NCBI GenBank assembly: GCA_046262595.1
Contig: JBHEMM010000005.1
Span: forward strand, 34,806-53,001
Direction: 5' to 3'
Length of the DNA: 18,196 bases
From: Vulcanimicrobiaceae bacterium
Lineage (GTDB): Bacteria > Vulcanimicrobiota > Vulcanimicrobiia > Vulcanimicrobiales > Vulcanimicrobiaceae
Shown here: piece after piece, positions 1-7,686 of the stretch
Numbering within the stretch: the first letter of the stretch is position 1
Layout of the letters: each line of letters opens with the position of its first letter
The notes under the pieces: generated by a model
The model's database searches: none
Told to the model about the DNA's origin: nothing
Seen by the model: only the letters and a program-made list of their open reading frames with translations
Program-made: the position numbers and the translations under genes

Positions 1-1017
1 TTACCGGCGTTCGCGCCGGCCGGCGGATCCGCCGGAAGCGTGCTGCTGGTGATGCGGAACGACTACCAGCAGGCACCGGATGCGGACACGGATGAAGCGG
101 TTTTGCTTGCAGGGCGCCTGCGCGCCGAAGGCTTTACGGTAACGTTCGCGAGCGCGCGTGCAGCGGCGCCCGAGCAGTATGACCTCGTTCATTTGCACTG
201 CGGCGCTTACCCCGAGCAGGCATTGTCCGTTTTGGAGCGCGCCCGCGCGGCCGGCAAGCCGGTGGTGCTCACACCCGCACACAGCTCGCGCGCCGGTGAA
301 GCGAATTGGGGCACGCGCATGCTGCCGCAAGTGCTGCGCGCGTCGCGCGATGAGACGGTTCTTGAGGATCATCTGCGCATGCTGCGCGCGCGCAAGCTCG
401 ATATGCCGGGAGTTTCCTTGAACGGCGAACCGTTCGAGGGATACCGCGCGATGGAGATGCAGCTGGAACAATCGGTTGGAGCCGTGCTGCCGCGGGCGCG
501 GGCGCCGTTCTTGCCGGAGCCGCAGCCGGCGGCGATGCTGCTTGCCGCGGGCACCAACGAGTTCATCCTCGCGCATGCGCCCATCGCGGCCGCCGCAAAT
601 CAGTTTATGCTCGTGCGCGCCGCGGCCTCAACGGGCTTGCCGGTGGTTTTGGCCGGTCCGGTCGCGGATCCGGAATATGCCGCCCACCTGCGCGCGTTCG
701 GACTTGAAACGCTCGTGTTTCTTGCTGAGCCCTCGCCCTCGGAGCGGATATCGCTGTATGCCCGCGCGCGGGTCTTTGCGGACCTCTCGTGGTGCCCGGC
801 CGGCAACGCACGGCGTGCGTTGGCGCAGGCGGCAGGCTGCCGCACCGTCCTCAGCCCGCAGATCGACCCGGCTGACGATGCCGCAATAGCCGGCGCGCTT
901 TGCTCCGCATGGGCCGCAGAGGCGCCCGCACCTGCGGCGACGCACGCGGACCCGCTTGCGGCCGTCGTAGAAGCGTATGCCCGGGCCTCAACTTGCGTGG
1001 CCGCCGCGCCGACATAA
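1..1017 (+). CDS. GT-B/GT4-like glycosyltransferase-fold protein, 5' truncated by the window edge; possibly catalytically degenerate
   Basis: Frame 1 is open from base 1 (TTA CCG GCG ...) to TAA at 1015-1017. Segments YDLVHLH, GKPVVLTP, NQFMLVRAAASTGLPVVLAGP, DPEY and LYARARVFADLSW...AAGCRTVLS follow the GT4 layout. True start probably lies upstream of the window. Confidence 0.65.
   Translation, partial: LPAFAPAGGSAGSVLLVMRNDYQQAPDADTDEAVLLAGRLRAEGFTVTFASARAAAPEQYDLVHLHCGAYPEQALSVLERARAAGKPVVLTPAHSSRAGEANWGTRMLPQVLRASRDETVLEDHLRMLRARKLDMPGVSLNGEPFEGYRAMEMQLEQSVGAVLPRARAPFLPEPQPAAMLLAAGTNEFILAHAPIAAAANQFMLVRAAASTGLPVVLAGPVADPEYAAHLRAFGLETLVFLAEPSPSERISLYARARVFADLSWCPAGNARRALAQAAGCRTVLSPQIDPADDAAIAGALCSAWAAEAPAPAATHADPLAAVVEAYARASTCVAAAPT
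988..1015 (+). promoter_or_regulatory. Putative sigma28 (FliA/SigD) promoter for flaG-fliD-fliS-fliT
   Basis: TCAAC (988-992), 15 nt spacer, GCCGACAT (1008-1015), ending 23 nt before the flaG ATG. Resembles the TAAA/TCAAG-N15-GCCGATAA consensus, and fliD operons are typical sigma28 targets. Confidence 0.6.
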
Positions 1018-1020
1018 ATA

Positions 1021-1032
1021 AGGAGTAGGAGG
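1021..1032 (+). promoter_or_regulatory. Strong (doubled) Shine-Dalgarno for flaG
   Basis: AGGAGTAGGAGG ending 6 nt before the ATG at 1039. Confidence 0.8.
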
Positions 1033-1038
1033 CGTAAC

Positions 1039-1392
1039 ATGGACGTTCCGACTGTTGCTCCCGCTGCCGCGGGAGAGCAGCAAACGGCACCGGCCGCTGC
1101 GATAGCGCAGACCGGAGCAGCCGAAGCACAACCGCAAAGCAGTGCACCCGCGCCGTCAACGGATGACGCCGGAACGCTTTCGCCCGTCGTTGCAAAGATT
1201 TTTTCGCAGGGTGCGATCCTTCAGCCGGTCAGCGTGGACGTAACGTATCGTTCGGAGAACGGCGCCATCGTCACGGTGTTCACGGACCCGGACACCGGCA
1301 AGGAGATCTCGCAAGTGCCCGCTGAGGTGATGGTGCAAATCGCGCAATTCTTCGACAAGCACAGCGGCATCACGCTGGACAAGAGCGCATAG
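1039..1392 (+). CDS. flaG: Flagellar protein FlaG
   Basis: 117 aa. C-terminal IVTVFTDPDTGKEISQVPAEVMVQIAQFF...GITLDKSA matches the FlaG pattern (V.D..TGEVIRQIP.E....LA....G...D..A). Directly upstream of fliD with a strong RBS. Confidence 0.85.
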   Translation: MDVPTVAPAAAGEQQTAPAAAIAQTGAAEAQPQSSAPAPSTDDAGTLSPVVAKIFSQGAILQPVSVDVTYRSENGAIVTVFTDPDTGKEISQVPAEVMVQIAQFFDKHSGITLDKSA

Positions 1393-1394
1393 CG

Positions 1395-3395
1395 ATGTCC
1401 GGCACTTCAAGCGTTCCCGGCACCAATGTGCCTCCCGTTTCGTTTCCCGGAATCGCATCCGGCATCGACTATAATTCGATCATCACGAAGCTGACGTCGC
1501 TTTCGCTGCAGCCGACGGTTTCGCTCAGCTCGCACGCCGCTTCCTTGAACGCGGCAAACACGGAACTGATCAAGATCAACGGTCTGCTGGCATCCGTACA
1601 GAATTCGCTCACCGCCCTCTCGCAGTCTGAGATTTTCAGTTCGGTGAGCGCGACCTCGAGCAACGCGACCGATGCGACAGCAAGCGGCATTCCGGGCGTG
1701 TACGCCTCGCCCGGAACGTACACAATCCAATCGACTTCACTGGCCACCGCAACCGTGGTTACCGGAGCGGCCAATCTCGGCCACGTTATCACGGATACGC
1801 TTCCCGGAACGACGGCCTCCAGCGCCGACGTGCCGCTGATTGACTCTTATGCGGCGATAACGCCCTCGAACGGATCCGGCACGACGGGTTCGGTAACGAT
1901 CGACGGCGTCACGGTAAATTATAACGTCGCTTCGGACTCGCTCAACACGATCTTAGCGAACATCAATGCCGCCGAGGCGGCAGCCGGCGATACGGGTTTC
2001 AATATCTCGCTCAACGGCAGCGGCGCGGTGCAGATAGCGGACAGCTCGCGTCCCGTCTCGCTCGGCGCGCAAGGCGACTCGGGAAATCTGCTTCATGTGC
2101 TGCGGCTCGATGCGGCGCAAGTGGTGAACACGTCAAGCTCCGGGTCCGTGACCGCTACTGCCGGCGTGGGCGGGATCAATCAAGCGCTCGAGTTCAATTC
2201 GCAGAACGGCCTGAGCCAAAGCACGAACGCGAATTACGTTACGCCCGTGACCAGCGGAACCTTCACCATCAACGGCGTGCAGATTGCCGTGAACAACGCG
2301 ACGGACAATCTCGCCTCATTGATCAAGCGCATCAATGCGTCTTCTGCCGGCGTGGTCGCGTCGTATGATGCTTCCACCGGGGCCATTTCGCTCGCCTCGA
2401 GTACGACGGGACCAAAAAGTATCGTGTTGGGATCCGCATCCGATACGAGCAATTTTTTAAGCGCGACCGGCCTGACCGCTGCGAGCGGCGCGGGAACCTC
2501 GATTGGCACGCAGGCTTCGCTCACGATCGAGACGCCGTCGGGTTCCACGAAAACGATATACAGCAACAGCAACAGCGTGACGTCCGCGATTCCGGGCGTG
2601 CAGATCAATCTCGTCGCGGCGACCTCCGTGCCGTTTGAAATAACCGTCGGTCAGGACACCTCAGGCCTGACCAGCGCACTCAACACGTTCATCTCGGCGT
2701 ACAACGCCGCGGTCAATGAGATCAACGTTTCGACGTCGCCGCCCGTCGTGGCGAGCGCAACGGGCGGCAATTCCATCGGCATCACGCCGACCGCGGCTGT
2801 GGGCGGCGGCATTCTCTACAACAATGCGGATGTGCAGACGGTCAAGAACCGTTTGATCAATATTGTGACGGCTTTGAACACGAACGGCGGAGCGTACAAT
2901 TCGCTTTCGGCGATCGGCCTGAATCTAACGAGTTCGTTCACGCAGCTCGCGCAGAATACGTCAGGTTCGCAGGCCGGGCAGATCTCCGCGCAAGTGCTTC
3001 AGGGAACGGACGGTCAAATCGCGCCGCTCGACGCCGGAAAACTCGCTGCTGCTCTGGCCGCCAACCCGACCGCGGTGCAAAGCCTGGTGAGCGGCGCGGG
3101 CGGCTTAGTCGCCAGTCTGGGCTCGTATCTGACAAGCGTCACGGGCGTTCCGACGAATACGGCGACGGCCATTCTCGGCACGATTCCCGCAGTCTCGCTG
3201 ATTCAAGGGTTCGAAAATGCCAATACTTCGAGCGTGCAATCCATTCAGCAGCAGATCACGCAGATTCAGAACAACGTGAACATGCAGGCGGATCAGCTGC
3301 GCCGCGAGTTCGTCTCCGCCGAAGCGCAGATCGCTCAGATGCAGTCGCTGCAGTCGCAGCTGGGATCGTTCTTCAAGACGGGCAGCGGAGGCTGA
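1395..3395 (+). CDS. fliD: Flagellar filament capping protein FliD (HAP2)
   Basis: N-terminal VSFPGIASGIDYNSIITKL; PGTYTIQSTSLAT; YSNSNSVTSAIPGVQINL; LNTFISAYNAAV; LSAIGL; C-terminal coiled coil ending LRREFVSAEAQIAQMQSLQSQL. Sits between flaG and fliS. Confidence 0.93.
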   Translation: MSGTSSVPGTNVPPVSFPGIASGIDYNSIITKLTSLSLQPTVSLSSHAASLNAANTELIKINGLLASVQNSLTALSQSEIFSSVSATSSNATDATASGIPGVYASPGTYTIQSTSLATATVVTGAANLGHVITDTLPGTTASSADVPLIDSYAAITPSNGSGTTGSVTIDGVTVNYNVASDSLNTILANINAAEAAAGDTGFNISLNGSGAVQIADSSRPVSLGAQGDSGNLLHVLRLDAAQVVNTSSSGSVTATAGVGGINQALEFNSQNGLSQSTNANYVTPVTSGTFTINGVQIAVNNATDNLASLIKRINASSAGVVASYDASTGAISLASSTTGPKSIVLGSASDTSNFLSATGLTAASGAGTSIGTQASLTIETPSGSTKTIYSNSNSVTSAIPGVQINLVAATSVPFEITVGQDTSGLTSALNTFISAYNAAVNEINVSTSPPVVASATGGNSIGITPTAAVGGGILYNNADVQTVKNRLINIVTALNTNGGAYNSLSAIGLNLTSSFTQLAQNTSGSQAGQISAQVLQGTDGQIAPLDAGKLAAALAANPTAVQSLVSGAGGLVASLGSYLTSVTGVPTNTATAILGTIPAVSLIQGFENANTSSVQSIQQQITQIQNNVNMQADQLRREFVSAEAQIAQMQSLQSQLGSFFKTGSGG

Positions 3396-3396
3396 C

Positions 3397-3840
3397 ATGA
3401 TGAAGCGTTCTGCGGATCAGCAGTATCTGGAAACGTCCATCGCGACGGCTTCCAAAGAAGATCTTATCGTCAAGATCTTCGACTTTCTCGTCTTAAACGC
3501 GACGCAGGCGCATGAGAAACTGCGCGGCGAACGCGACGACCTCGAAGGCATTCATAAAGCGCTGCTGCGTTCTCAGCGCGCCCTTGCGCTGCTGATGGGT
3601 TCGCTGGACATGGAAATCGGCGGTGAAGTGGCGCGTAACTTGTTTCGCGTGTACGAGTTCTGGCATCACGAGTTGGTGATGGCAAATATGCAGAAGGATG
3701 CCGATCGCGTCGAGCGCCTGCTGCCGAACTTCAAAGAGTACCGCCACATGTGGGCGCAGGCCGTGAGCCAATTCAAAACAATGCACCGCGGCCCCGCCGT
3801 GCCTGCTTCAACGGGGCAGGGATTTGCCGCCGTCGGATAA
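3397..3840 (+). CDS. fliS: Flagellin export chaperone FliS
   Basis: QYLETSIATASKEDLIVKIFD and LMGSLDMEIGGEVARNLFRVYEF...LVMAN are FliS hallmarks. GGAGG at 3387-3391; follows fliD. Confidence 0.92.
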   Translation: MMKRSADQQYLETSIATASKEDLIVKIFDFLVLNATQAHEKLRGERDDLEGIHKALLRSQRALALLMGSLDMEIGGEVARNLFRVYEFWHHELVMANMQKDADRVERLLPNFKEYRHMWAQAVSQFKTMHRGPAVPASTGQGFAAVG

Positions 3841-4222
3841 CGCCGAAGCGCTGCGCGCCGCAGTGGAAAATGAATTGCACCGCCTCGAGGTCCTGTGCGG
3901 CGATATCGAGCGCGCGCTGATGCGCCGCAATTGGACCGACATGGAAGCGGCCATCGCCGATTCCCGCCGCATCACGCATGCGCTTCAGAACGCGATGGAC
4001 GATGCCGCGCACGTGCGCGACGCGTTGTACGACGAAGCCGTTGGCCGGCGCCTGCATTACATTGACGCGATCCGTGAGAACCAGATGACGCGCTTGCAGC
4101 AGTATCAGGACGCGGTCGGCGAGCGCCTTCAGTTGACGGCGCGCTGGAAATCGGCGTTGCGGTCGATCGGCAAACGGGAACCGGTTCCTTCGCGCTTGGG
4201 TTCGCTGGACCGGCTGAGTTAA
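3824..4222 (+). CDS. Small helical protein, probable FliT/FlgN-type flagellar chaperone
   Basis: 132 aa, TTG start overlapping the fliS end, helical composition with ERALMRRNWTDMEAAIADSRRI (FliT-like ..W+.l..l...R). Assignment relies mostly on the fliD-fliS-fliT gene order. Confidence 0.55.
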   Translation: MPPSDNAEALRAAVENELHRLEVLCGDIERALMRRNWTDMEAAIADSRRITHALQNAMDDAAHVRDALYDEAVGRRLHYIDAIRENQMTRLQQYQDAVGERLQLTARWKSALRSIGKREPVPSRLGSLDRLS

Positions 4223-5724
4223 AACAGCACCGTGAGCGCCGCGACGAGCGTGCGCGCCGCGGCATCGAGTGTCTCGTCCGGTGTGAAAAGGAGTCCCGTC
4301 GTCCGGTCCAAACGCATACGTACGAAGAAGCGGTGCAACTGCGTGCCCGCAACCTGCGCATAGCCGCGCAGCGCAGCTTCGGCCGCTTCGATCCGTTCCG
4401 GGCTCGTGCGAGCCACGATCCGCCGCGCCTGCAGCGCGAGCGTGAGCTGACGCGCCTTCGTGAAATCCCAACGCGCGCTTTCGTCCTGCATTTTGCGCAG
4501 CAGCGCGAGCGCCGGCAGTTCCAGTTCCGCTTCAAGCAGTATCGCGGACGCATCTTCCAGCGGTGCCTGAGCGACGACGCGCGAGGGCCGCAAGCCGTCA
4601 ACGCGCGCGATCATCGCGCCGGTATACTGTGCGATCGGTTCTTTTTTTCCGATGCGTTCGTGCAGCATCAGGCGCTGCAACAGCCTGGCTTGCGCCTGCA
4701 TGTGCGCTTCGAGCCCGCCCGGTTCCGCCGCGCCGGTGCATGCGAGCGCACCGCCGAACATGAAATGGGTGAGCAGCGTGGCTGCCTTCGAGCCGTTGAA
4801 GAGCCGGTCGAAATACGCAACGGAGGGGCGATCGATGCGCCCGTGCAGCACCACCGCTTCACGCCCCGCCGCCGCGGGCCGGCGAAGCGCTGCCGGCTCC
4901 ATGTCGGGCGGCTGCTCCGGCGGCGAGGGCATCGACGGTTCCGGATCGGGAACGCCGGGTTCGAAGCCGGGCTCGGGCTGGCTGGGCGGCGGCGCCGGCT
5001 CAGGCTGCGCGGGCCCCGGCTCCGAGGGTACGGGAGCTTCGGTCGGCATCTGATACTCGGCGGCGGGCGAGAGCGCGGCCAAAGCCGCTTCGTGTTCTAG
5101 TTGCTCTTCTTGGTCGAGTTCGTAAATGGGCAGCGCGTTCTCGACGCGCTGCACCTCGGTAGCGAACGCGGCATTCGCGCCGTCTTTGCGCGAGATCAGC
5201 AGCGTGCGGGCTCCGACGATTGCCGTTTTCTCGGCGCGGGCAGTAGGTGCAATCACCAGCGGCTTATTCCCAAGGCGGACGCCAATCTTCCAGACGAGCG
5301 TCAGACGCGATTTCGCGGCCAGCTCGGCGGTACGCAGTCCGGCCCCAAACAGCTCTTCAGCCGACTCGTCGAGCACCGCTCGTCCATCACGGATGAGGGA
5401 GCCGTTGCGGTATGCGGCGCCTCCGGGCAGCGGCACGCTTACGATCAAGTCGCGCGCGGGCATGCTGCCTTCATTCGTCACGCTCAGAGCGAGCGTGACG
5501 ATCGCTCCGGGAATAACCCCTCCTGGAGGACTCGCGGTAAGCTCGAGCGCGACGACGGCACTGCGCAGCACCTGTTCGGCCGGTTCGCTCTCGCCGGCGC
5601 CGCCTTCGGACGCCGCGCGAGAATTCCATGCGCCGAGCTCCGGTTTGGCAACGCCGAGTGCCGCGCGCTGGAGTTCCACGAGCCGCATGTCCGCGCTCTC
5701 TTCAAAATCCGGTTCGCGCTGCAT
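4219..5724 (-). CDS. Hypothetical protein with DUF11-like domain, Pro/Glu-rich linker and uncharacterised helical C-terminal domain (about 501 aa)
   Basis: PGAIVTLALSVTNEGSMPARDLIVSVPLPGGAAYRNGSL matches the DUF11 / conserved-repeat pattern. Start placed at ATG 5724-5722 because it overlaps the upstream stop as TAATG. Stop overlaps the fliT-like stop (TTAA, 4219-4222). Confidence 0.7.
   Translation of the reverse strand: MQREPDFEESADMRLVELQRAALGVAKPELGAWNSRAASEGGAGESEPAEQVLRSAVVALELTASPPGGVIPGAIVTLALSVTNEGSMPARDLIVSVPLPGGAAYRNGSLIRDGRAVLDESAEELFGAGLRTAELAAKSRLTLVWKIGVRLGNKPLVIAPTARAEKTAIVGARTLLISRKDGANAAFATEVQRVENALPIYELDQEEQLEHEAALAALSPAAEYQMPTEAPVPSEPGPAQPEPAPPPSQPEPGFEPGVPDPEPSMPSPPEQPPDMEPAALRRPAAAGREAVVLHGRIDRPSVAYFDRLFNGSKAATLLTHFMFGGALACTGAAEPGGLEAHMQAQARLLQRLMLHERIGKKEPIAQYTGAMIARVDGLRPSRVVAQAPLEDASAILLEAELELPALALLRKMQDESARWDFTKARQLTLALQARRIVARTSPERIEAAEAALRGYAQVAGTQLHRFFVRMRLDRTTGLLFTPDETLDAAARTLVAALTVLF
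4894..5046 (-). repeat. Low-complexity Pro/Glu-rich linker with imperfect PEP/EPG repeats
   Basis: Translation PTEAPVPSEPGPAQPEPAPPPSQPEPGFEPGVPDPEPSMPSPPEQPPDMEP. Confidence 0.75.
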
Positions 5725-6644
5725 TAGCGGGTCGACAACCGGCCGAAAAGGCGTTGCCATAAACCAGTGGCCGCCGTATGACCGTTTGCGTGCGCCGCTT
5801 GACGGGCGCTCGCTGCGGGCGGGCACGCCATTCCACGCGCGTCCATCGCGGCACGTACGTGATCCTCGCGTACGACAGTGCTCGCACGATCCGCCGCTTC
5901 TTCCATGGAAACATGCGCGAGCATCGTCAGGCGGCGGGGCAACCCTGCGCATGATTGCGCGAGCAGGGCGCGCGCTTCGGTCGTGAACACGTGATGACCG
6001 GGTGTGACGCCGGCGCGATCGAGGCGGAAATCCAACACGGCACCCGCCATCGGAACGTCGAGCGGCGCCAGGCGGACGAATGAGTCGACACGGTCGGCCA
6101 GATTGTGACGTGCGATGATGCGCTGCTCGAGCTCGCTCTGCCCGAACAGCAGAATGTTGAGCAGTTTCTTGTTGGGAACGTGGTAATTGAGCAGCAGGCG
6201 CAATGCTTCCAAACCGTCGTCCGTGAGGTTCTGCGCCTCATCGACGATGAGAACCAGTGTGCGGTTTTCCAGTACGGCGGTCTCGAAAAAGAAGTTCTTG
6301 AGCGCATTTTTCAGTGCCGCGCTCGACCGCGGCGGAAGCGAGAGACCGAATACGCGGCCGATGGCGATCAGGAACTCGACTTCGGTAGCAAATGTCGGGT
6401 CGAGTATCTTGCCCAAGATGACGCGGTCGTCTTGCAGCAGGTCTTGCTCGAGCGCTGCGCACAGACTTGTTTTGCCGGTCCCCGGCTCACCTAAAACGAC
6501 CGTCAGGCCGCGGGAAGAGTCGATGCAAGACGCGAGGCGGTCTTTCGATTTGCGCAGCACGCCCAGCTCGCAATAAAAATATGGATCGGCCGTATCCAAG
6601 AACGGATCGCGTTCGAGCCCGAAGTAGCGGTAATACTTGGACAT
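5724..6644 (-). CDS. ExeA/GspA-family AAA+ ATPase (ATPase domain only)
   Basis: N-terminal YYRYFGLERDPF..TADP.FY, Walker A GEPGTGKT, Walker B LIVDEAQNL, LLFGQSEL, GLPRRL. No transmembrane or peptidoglycan-binding extension visible. Confidence 0.88.
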   Translation of the reverse strand: MSKYYRYFGLERDPFLDTADPYFYCELGVLRKSKDRLASCIDSSRGLTVVLGEPGTGKTSLCAALEQDLLQDDRVILGKILDPTFATEVEFLIAIGRVFGLSLPPRSSAALKNALKNFFFETAVLENRTLVLIVDEAQNLTDDGLEALRLLLNYHVPNKKLLNILLFGQSELEQRIIARHNLADRVDSFVRLAPLDVPMAGAVLDFRLDRAGVTPGHHVFTTEARALLAQSCAGLPRRLTMLAHVSMEEAADRASTVVREDHVRAAMDARGMACPPAASARQAAHANGHTAATGLWQRLFGRLSTR

Positions 6645-6645
6645 C

Positions 6646-6674
6646 CTAACGTGTGATTAGCCTTGGGCCGATAA
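6646..6674 (+). promoter_or_regulatory. Putative sigma28 promoter for pseB
   Basis: CTAAC (6646-6650), 16 nt spacer, perfect GCCGATAA (6667-6674) inside the 37-bp divergent intergenic gap, 7 nt before the pseB GTG. Confidence 0.7.
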
Positions 6675-6681
6675 AACCTTT

Positions 6682-7686
6682 GTGCCATCAGTTTTTAACG
6701 GAAAGTCAATACTCGTCACCGGCGGAACGGGCTCTTTCGGTAAGGCTTTCACCTCAACTTTACTTCAAGACGCACAGCCGAAGCGGCTCGTCATTTTTTC
6801 TCGCGACGAGCTCAAGCAGTACGAAATGCAGCAGCGCTGGAACGCGCCGTTCATCCGCTATTTCATCGGAGACGTGCGCGACGAGAAACGCTTGACGCAG
6901 GCGATGTCCGGAATCGACTTTGTGATTCACGCCGCGGCGCTCAAGCAAGTGCCGGCCGCCGAATACAATCCCACCGAATGCATCGCAACGAATGTGGACG
7001 GCGCGCAGAACGTGATTTCGGCCGCTATCGCCGCGGGCGTTGAGCGCGTCATTGCGCTCTCGACCGACAAAGCGGTCTCGCCCGTCAATCTGTACGGCGC
7101 CACGAAGCTGCTTTCCGATAAGCTGATGGTGGCGGCGAACAATATCGTCGGCCGCCACGCCGCGCGATTCTCCGTCGTCCGGTACGGGAACGTCGTCGGC
7201 TCCCGCGGCTCGGTTCTGCCGTTCTTCAAGGGCCTGCTCTCCGCGGGGACGGCCGATCTTCCGATCACGGACGAGCGTATGACCCGGTTTTGGATCACGC
7301 TTGCGCAAGGCGTCAACTTCGTGCAAAAGGCGTTCGAACGCATGCACGGAGGCGAAATTTTCGTGCCGAAGATCCCCTCGGTCCGCATCGTCGATCTTGC
7401 CGAATCGCTCGCGCCGCATCTTCCCCGCAAAATCGTCGGCATCCGCCCGGGCGAAAAGCTTCACGAATCCATGGTGCCGCGTGACGAATCGCGGCTCACG
7501 CTCGAGTTCAAAGACCATTACGTTATCCGCCCCTCGATCTCGTTCGGCACGAACGTGGACCATGCTACAGACGCCGCGGGCGAAACGGCATCGCCGGTGG
7601 GCGACGACTTCGAGTACAACTCCGGCACGAATGCGCATTTCCTCTCGGTGCAGGAAATAACCGATCTCAACGAATCGTCCGCATGA
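6682..7686 (+). CDS. pseB: UDP-N-acetylglucosamine 4,6-dehydratase (inverting)
   Basis: ILVTGGTGSFG, FSRDELKQYEM, HAAALKQVPAAEYNPTECI, ALSTDKA, NLYGATKL, VRYGNVVGSRGSV, MTRFWITL, GIRPGEKLHE. Confidence 0.96.
   Translation: MPSVFNGKSILVTGGTGSFGKAFTSTLLQDAQPKRLVIFSRDELKQYEMQQRWNAPFIRYFIGDVRDEKRLTQAMSGIDFVIHAAALKQVPAAEYNPTECIATNVDGAQNVISAAIAAGVERVIALSTDKAVSPVNLYGATKLLSDKLMVAANNIVGRHAARFSVVRYGNVVGSRGSVLPFFKGLLSAGTADLPITDERMTRFWITLAQGVNFVQKAFERMHGGEIFVPKIPSVRIVDLAESLAPHLPRKIVGIRPGEKLHESMVPRDESRLTLEFKDHYVIRPSISFGTNVDHATDAAGETASPVGDDFEYNSGTNAHFLSVQEITDLNESSA

Noticed and set aside
5725..5952. N-terminal extension of the 577-aa ORF (4219..5952) from the ORF track
   Set aside because: Overlaps the ATPase gene by over 200 nt and reads as shadow translation; the TAATG-coupled ATG at 5724 is a better start.
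5724..6644. ATPase as a TnsC/TniB-like transposition protein of a mobile element
   Set aside because: No transposase, terminal repeats or target duplication seen; the N-terminal YFGL..DPF motif fits the ExeA family.
6654..6681. Minus-strand AAAGG-N15-GCTAATCA as a sigma28 promoter for the ATPase gene
   Set aside because: The -10 match lacks the CGA core; too weak to call.
6760..7638. 292-aa antisense ORF, and similar long antisense ORFs at 10241..11257, 11130..12290 and 16210..17217
   Set aside because: They mirror well-supported genes, show no recognisable motifs, and are expected from codon bias in GC-rich DNA.
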